A stretch of DNA of 51,687 nucleotides from Amoebophrya sp. A120 (Eukaryota > Protista > Dinoflagellata): contig CAJINV010000004.1 in assembly GCA_905178155.1 (NCBI GenBank), forward strand, positions 9,300,418 to 9,352,104. The letters are read 5' to 3'. How positions within the stretch are numbered: the first letter of the stretch is position 1; every line of letters begins with the position of its first letter. Below the pieces are notes generated by a model. That model was not told the origin of the DNA, made no database searches, and was given only the letters and a program-made list of their open reading frames with translations. Shown piece after piece: positions 49,001-51,687 of this stretch. Position numbers and translations under genes: made by a program.

Positions 49001-51355
49001 ATGACTTGGAACAGCAGATCGGAAAGGAGGAGAAGGAGCTGCACGCAAGAATCAATGCCTTTGTGAACAAAGACCAAAAGGAGCAAAACCAGCAACATGG
49101 TCCCTCTGGCGGAGGTGCTGGCTCGATGTGGTCTTCCTTCGCAGATTCCCCGACCATCGCGGTTTCCCTCGGTTCAAAGAACACGGTGATGACGGGTAGT
49201 TCTGGAATGGAAAACAATCATTACCAGAACGAACAGCATCTACAAGAATCGACCAAACGGGTTTCCATGCTGACCGACGCAAGAAAACAGAAGCAGGTGC
49301 AAGAAAAAGCAGTTTTTCCCGCGAGTATGGCTGAATTGAAACTTACTCCGAATTTAGATCTGATTTCCGATAGTCACAAGCGGGCGAGCGAAATGCTGGA
49401 GCATTTAAAGGAGAGAATCCCGTACCCGATCGACGTTCTGGAATCTCCGCCGGATATATCACCCGATTCGACGACGCGAGGAACAACCACAGGTGGTGGT
49501 TCTGTCATCGGCAAACTCCGATCCCCGATTCTGCCAACGTTGCACCTCCAGCCGCTACGCGGGTTCGGTGGCAAACCGCAGAAGCGGAACAGCGTGCAGT
49601 TGGCGGATGAGAAGATCGAGAAGAGCAGTCCGCAGTTTCAACTCTCCAACGCGCCGGCGGAAGAGGGTCGTGATGAAGCAGCAGCTCCGGCGCAAAAGAA
49701 CGTCGGCCAAGATGAAAAGCGACGTATCAACAGAGGGAACAATTCTCTGGCCGGGGTGGACGACAGTAGCAGGCCGTCTTCTCTCTCCGCTAGCTACTCC
49801 GATGCGGTTCGGGCAGAGAAGAAAAAGGATCGGCGGAACCGGATTGCTTTTCGAGATGAGCAGGTGGACGAGGAGGAGGAGGAGGAGGTGGAGGCAAAAA
49901 AGGGAGACATGATTACGAGCACTTCAACATCCAAAAGGTCTCTGAGTTCGCACAAAAGACGAGGTGGACCACCAGCATCGCCGTTCAGCAAGTCATCAGC
50001 CGAGAGCATTTCTAACAGAGCTAGTAGCAGTAAGCTTTTCGCGGACTACCAAGGTAAAAATGCTGACCAAGAAGCGCTATCGCCGGAAAAGAAGCGCAAG
50101 TCTTCCTCAAGAAGTCGCTCGAGACAGAAAGAAGAAACGGGGCTGGCTGGATCTGCGCAGATGAATGAGGATGAGGAAGACCAAATCCAAAAGCTGCAAG
50201 ACGGTCTTCGTCATGAAGAACATTTTGAACAGAATCTGTTACTGGACTCTGGAAACCCAAACGTGATACGCGGCTTCGGAAGTAGTAGTAGTCTGGATCC
50301 TGATCTTCAAGGGCAGAATTTTACCTCTTCCGCGGCTTCAGAAAGAAAAAGCAAAAAGGAAAAGCGTCGCGACAGCAGTTCAGAAGCAACTGTTGGAGCA
50401 AAGAAGTCGAAGAAGCAGAAGAAAGTAGAGGACCGGATGAATTATGGCACATCAATGCGCTCCACCAGCGCCCCTGCAAATCCAATCGCTGCGGATTTTG
50501 TCCTCCATGACAACGAAAAGGTGAAAGCCGAGCCGCGACGGTCAATGGTGACGGGGTTGAAGAGGAGAAGTGAGGATGATTTGGTTGATGCACGCACTGG
50601 TCGTCAACAAGCAGAAGCAGAAGGAGCTCCTGCGCCAGAACTCGTCACGCTAGAACGGCTAGCTACCACCCCAACCGAACGGGTACACGAGGGAGAGCAC
50701 CAATCTAGTACCGCTAATGCTTCGTCCCGCGGTGGGAAGAACAAAGTCTCTCTGGTGTCCTCCAAACGCCGAAAGAGCGAACCGAAGAACGAAGGCGAGG
50801 AGCAGATGGTCTTCGAGTCTGGGCACAGTATCACTGATGGAGGAGATGAATTGTCTCAATCGCTTTCTCATCTCCCCGAACCATCAAAGAAAAATGCGGA
50901 TGAGGAACGAAAAATGCAGTCTAAAAAAATCAGCGAAGACACCAGTGCAGCCACTGCTCGCCAAAAACGATGGGAAGAGAACCGCAGCCGGAGTTTCAAG
51001 AAAAAAGACAAAAAGAAGGAGAAAAAAAAGAAGGAAGAAATAACACCAAGCCCATCTGGTACGTCGGAAGGGAGTTCCGGTCCCTCTTCCATCGCATCCG
51101 GCGATAGCGAGCCAGGTGTAGATAATTCAAATTCATCTCTGGAACCACAAAACAAAAAGAAGAAAAAAGAAAAGAAGGAAAAAAAGGAGGTGAAAATGGC
51201 CGCTTTTGAGGAGGCACGGGAGCACTACTTCGACAAACGCGCGGGTCGCGAGCCGAAGGGAAACTTGAGGCACAGACCCAAAGAGCGTAAACTGCTCCAT
51301 CCGCACAACACGATGGAGTCGCTGGAGCTGGAGCCGCTGGAATATTACGATAGTA
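46094..51355 (+). CDS. Large low-complexity/coiled-coil protein, partial; GT-AG intron 47864-47991
   Basis: Long ORFs 46094- and 47935- join in phase 0 (HSEK-VQTL); frame runs into an introner end at 51356; true start and end unresolved. Confidence 0.6.
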
Positions 51356-51392
51356 TATGCAATGCAAAAGTATCGTACTCGTAGTAATTGCA
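51356..51392. mobile_element. Left TIR of a family E introner followed by unrelated sequence
   Basis: TATGCAATGCAAAAGTATCGTACTCGTAGTAATTGCA, left flank TAGTA; no right TIR in the remaining 295 bp although family E copies are 137-161 bp. Confidence 0.8.
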
Positions 51393-51687
51393 CGAGATTC
51401 GAATAGCTTCGCCCGCTGGGTGTGACATCGCAAACTTGCGCTAGAAGGAACATTTTTCACAGAGTTCACCTGCCGCGACGGCGCGCAGGCGTTTTCGGTA
51501 TCAACTGAGAAAGACACTGCCTCTGCTGTCGTGCCGCAGTGCGTTTCCAGCTGCAAGGAAGCCCAGCCGGAAGCACATTGAAAACGCATCCGCAGCGCAT
51601 CCCAGCCGGAAATGCCTCTTCAGGGCATTTCTACCGAGCTGGTGGAGATCGAGCTAGAGACGCCCTCTCAGACAGAGCGTTTGCGTT

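Overview
Eukaryotic genomic DNA, most likely from a dinoflagellate-lineage protist. An Amoebophrya/Syndiniales-like parasite is inferred from a dinoflagellate spliced-leader relic at 17465-17483, co-oriented plus-strand genes and TIR-bounded non-canonical introns. About 10 protein-coding genes can be rebuilt by hand: a GT1 UDP-glycosyltransferase, a DDX21-like DEAD-box helicase, a thioredoxin, an EEP/CCR4-like phosphoesterase, an intronless Cys-rich secreted protein, a C2-domain protein, a rearranged thioredoxin-like/CaaX locus, a ~2190-aa unknown protein and two low-complexity proteins. The dominant feature is 39 short insertions (35 complete, 137-322 bp, about 16% of the window) in about 10 TIR families. 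They have TAT...ATA ends and 5-bp direct repeats and lie only in coding sequence. At 34 of the 35 complete sites the reading frame is restored by removing the element plus one repeat copy, usually with no GT-AG option. Copies occur in both orientations, and otherwise unrelated families share an internal TTGT(C/A/G)ATGC motif. Also present: two TTA-TSD Harbinger/Tourist-like elements, a ~1.6-kb intragenic inversion with a templated 31-bp junction insert, a ~231-bp tandem repeat and six ordinary GT-AG introns. All coordinates were derived by hand; splicing is inferred from frame restoration, not from RNA.
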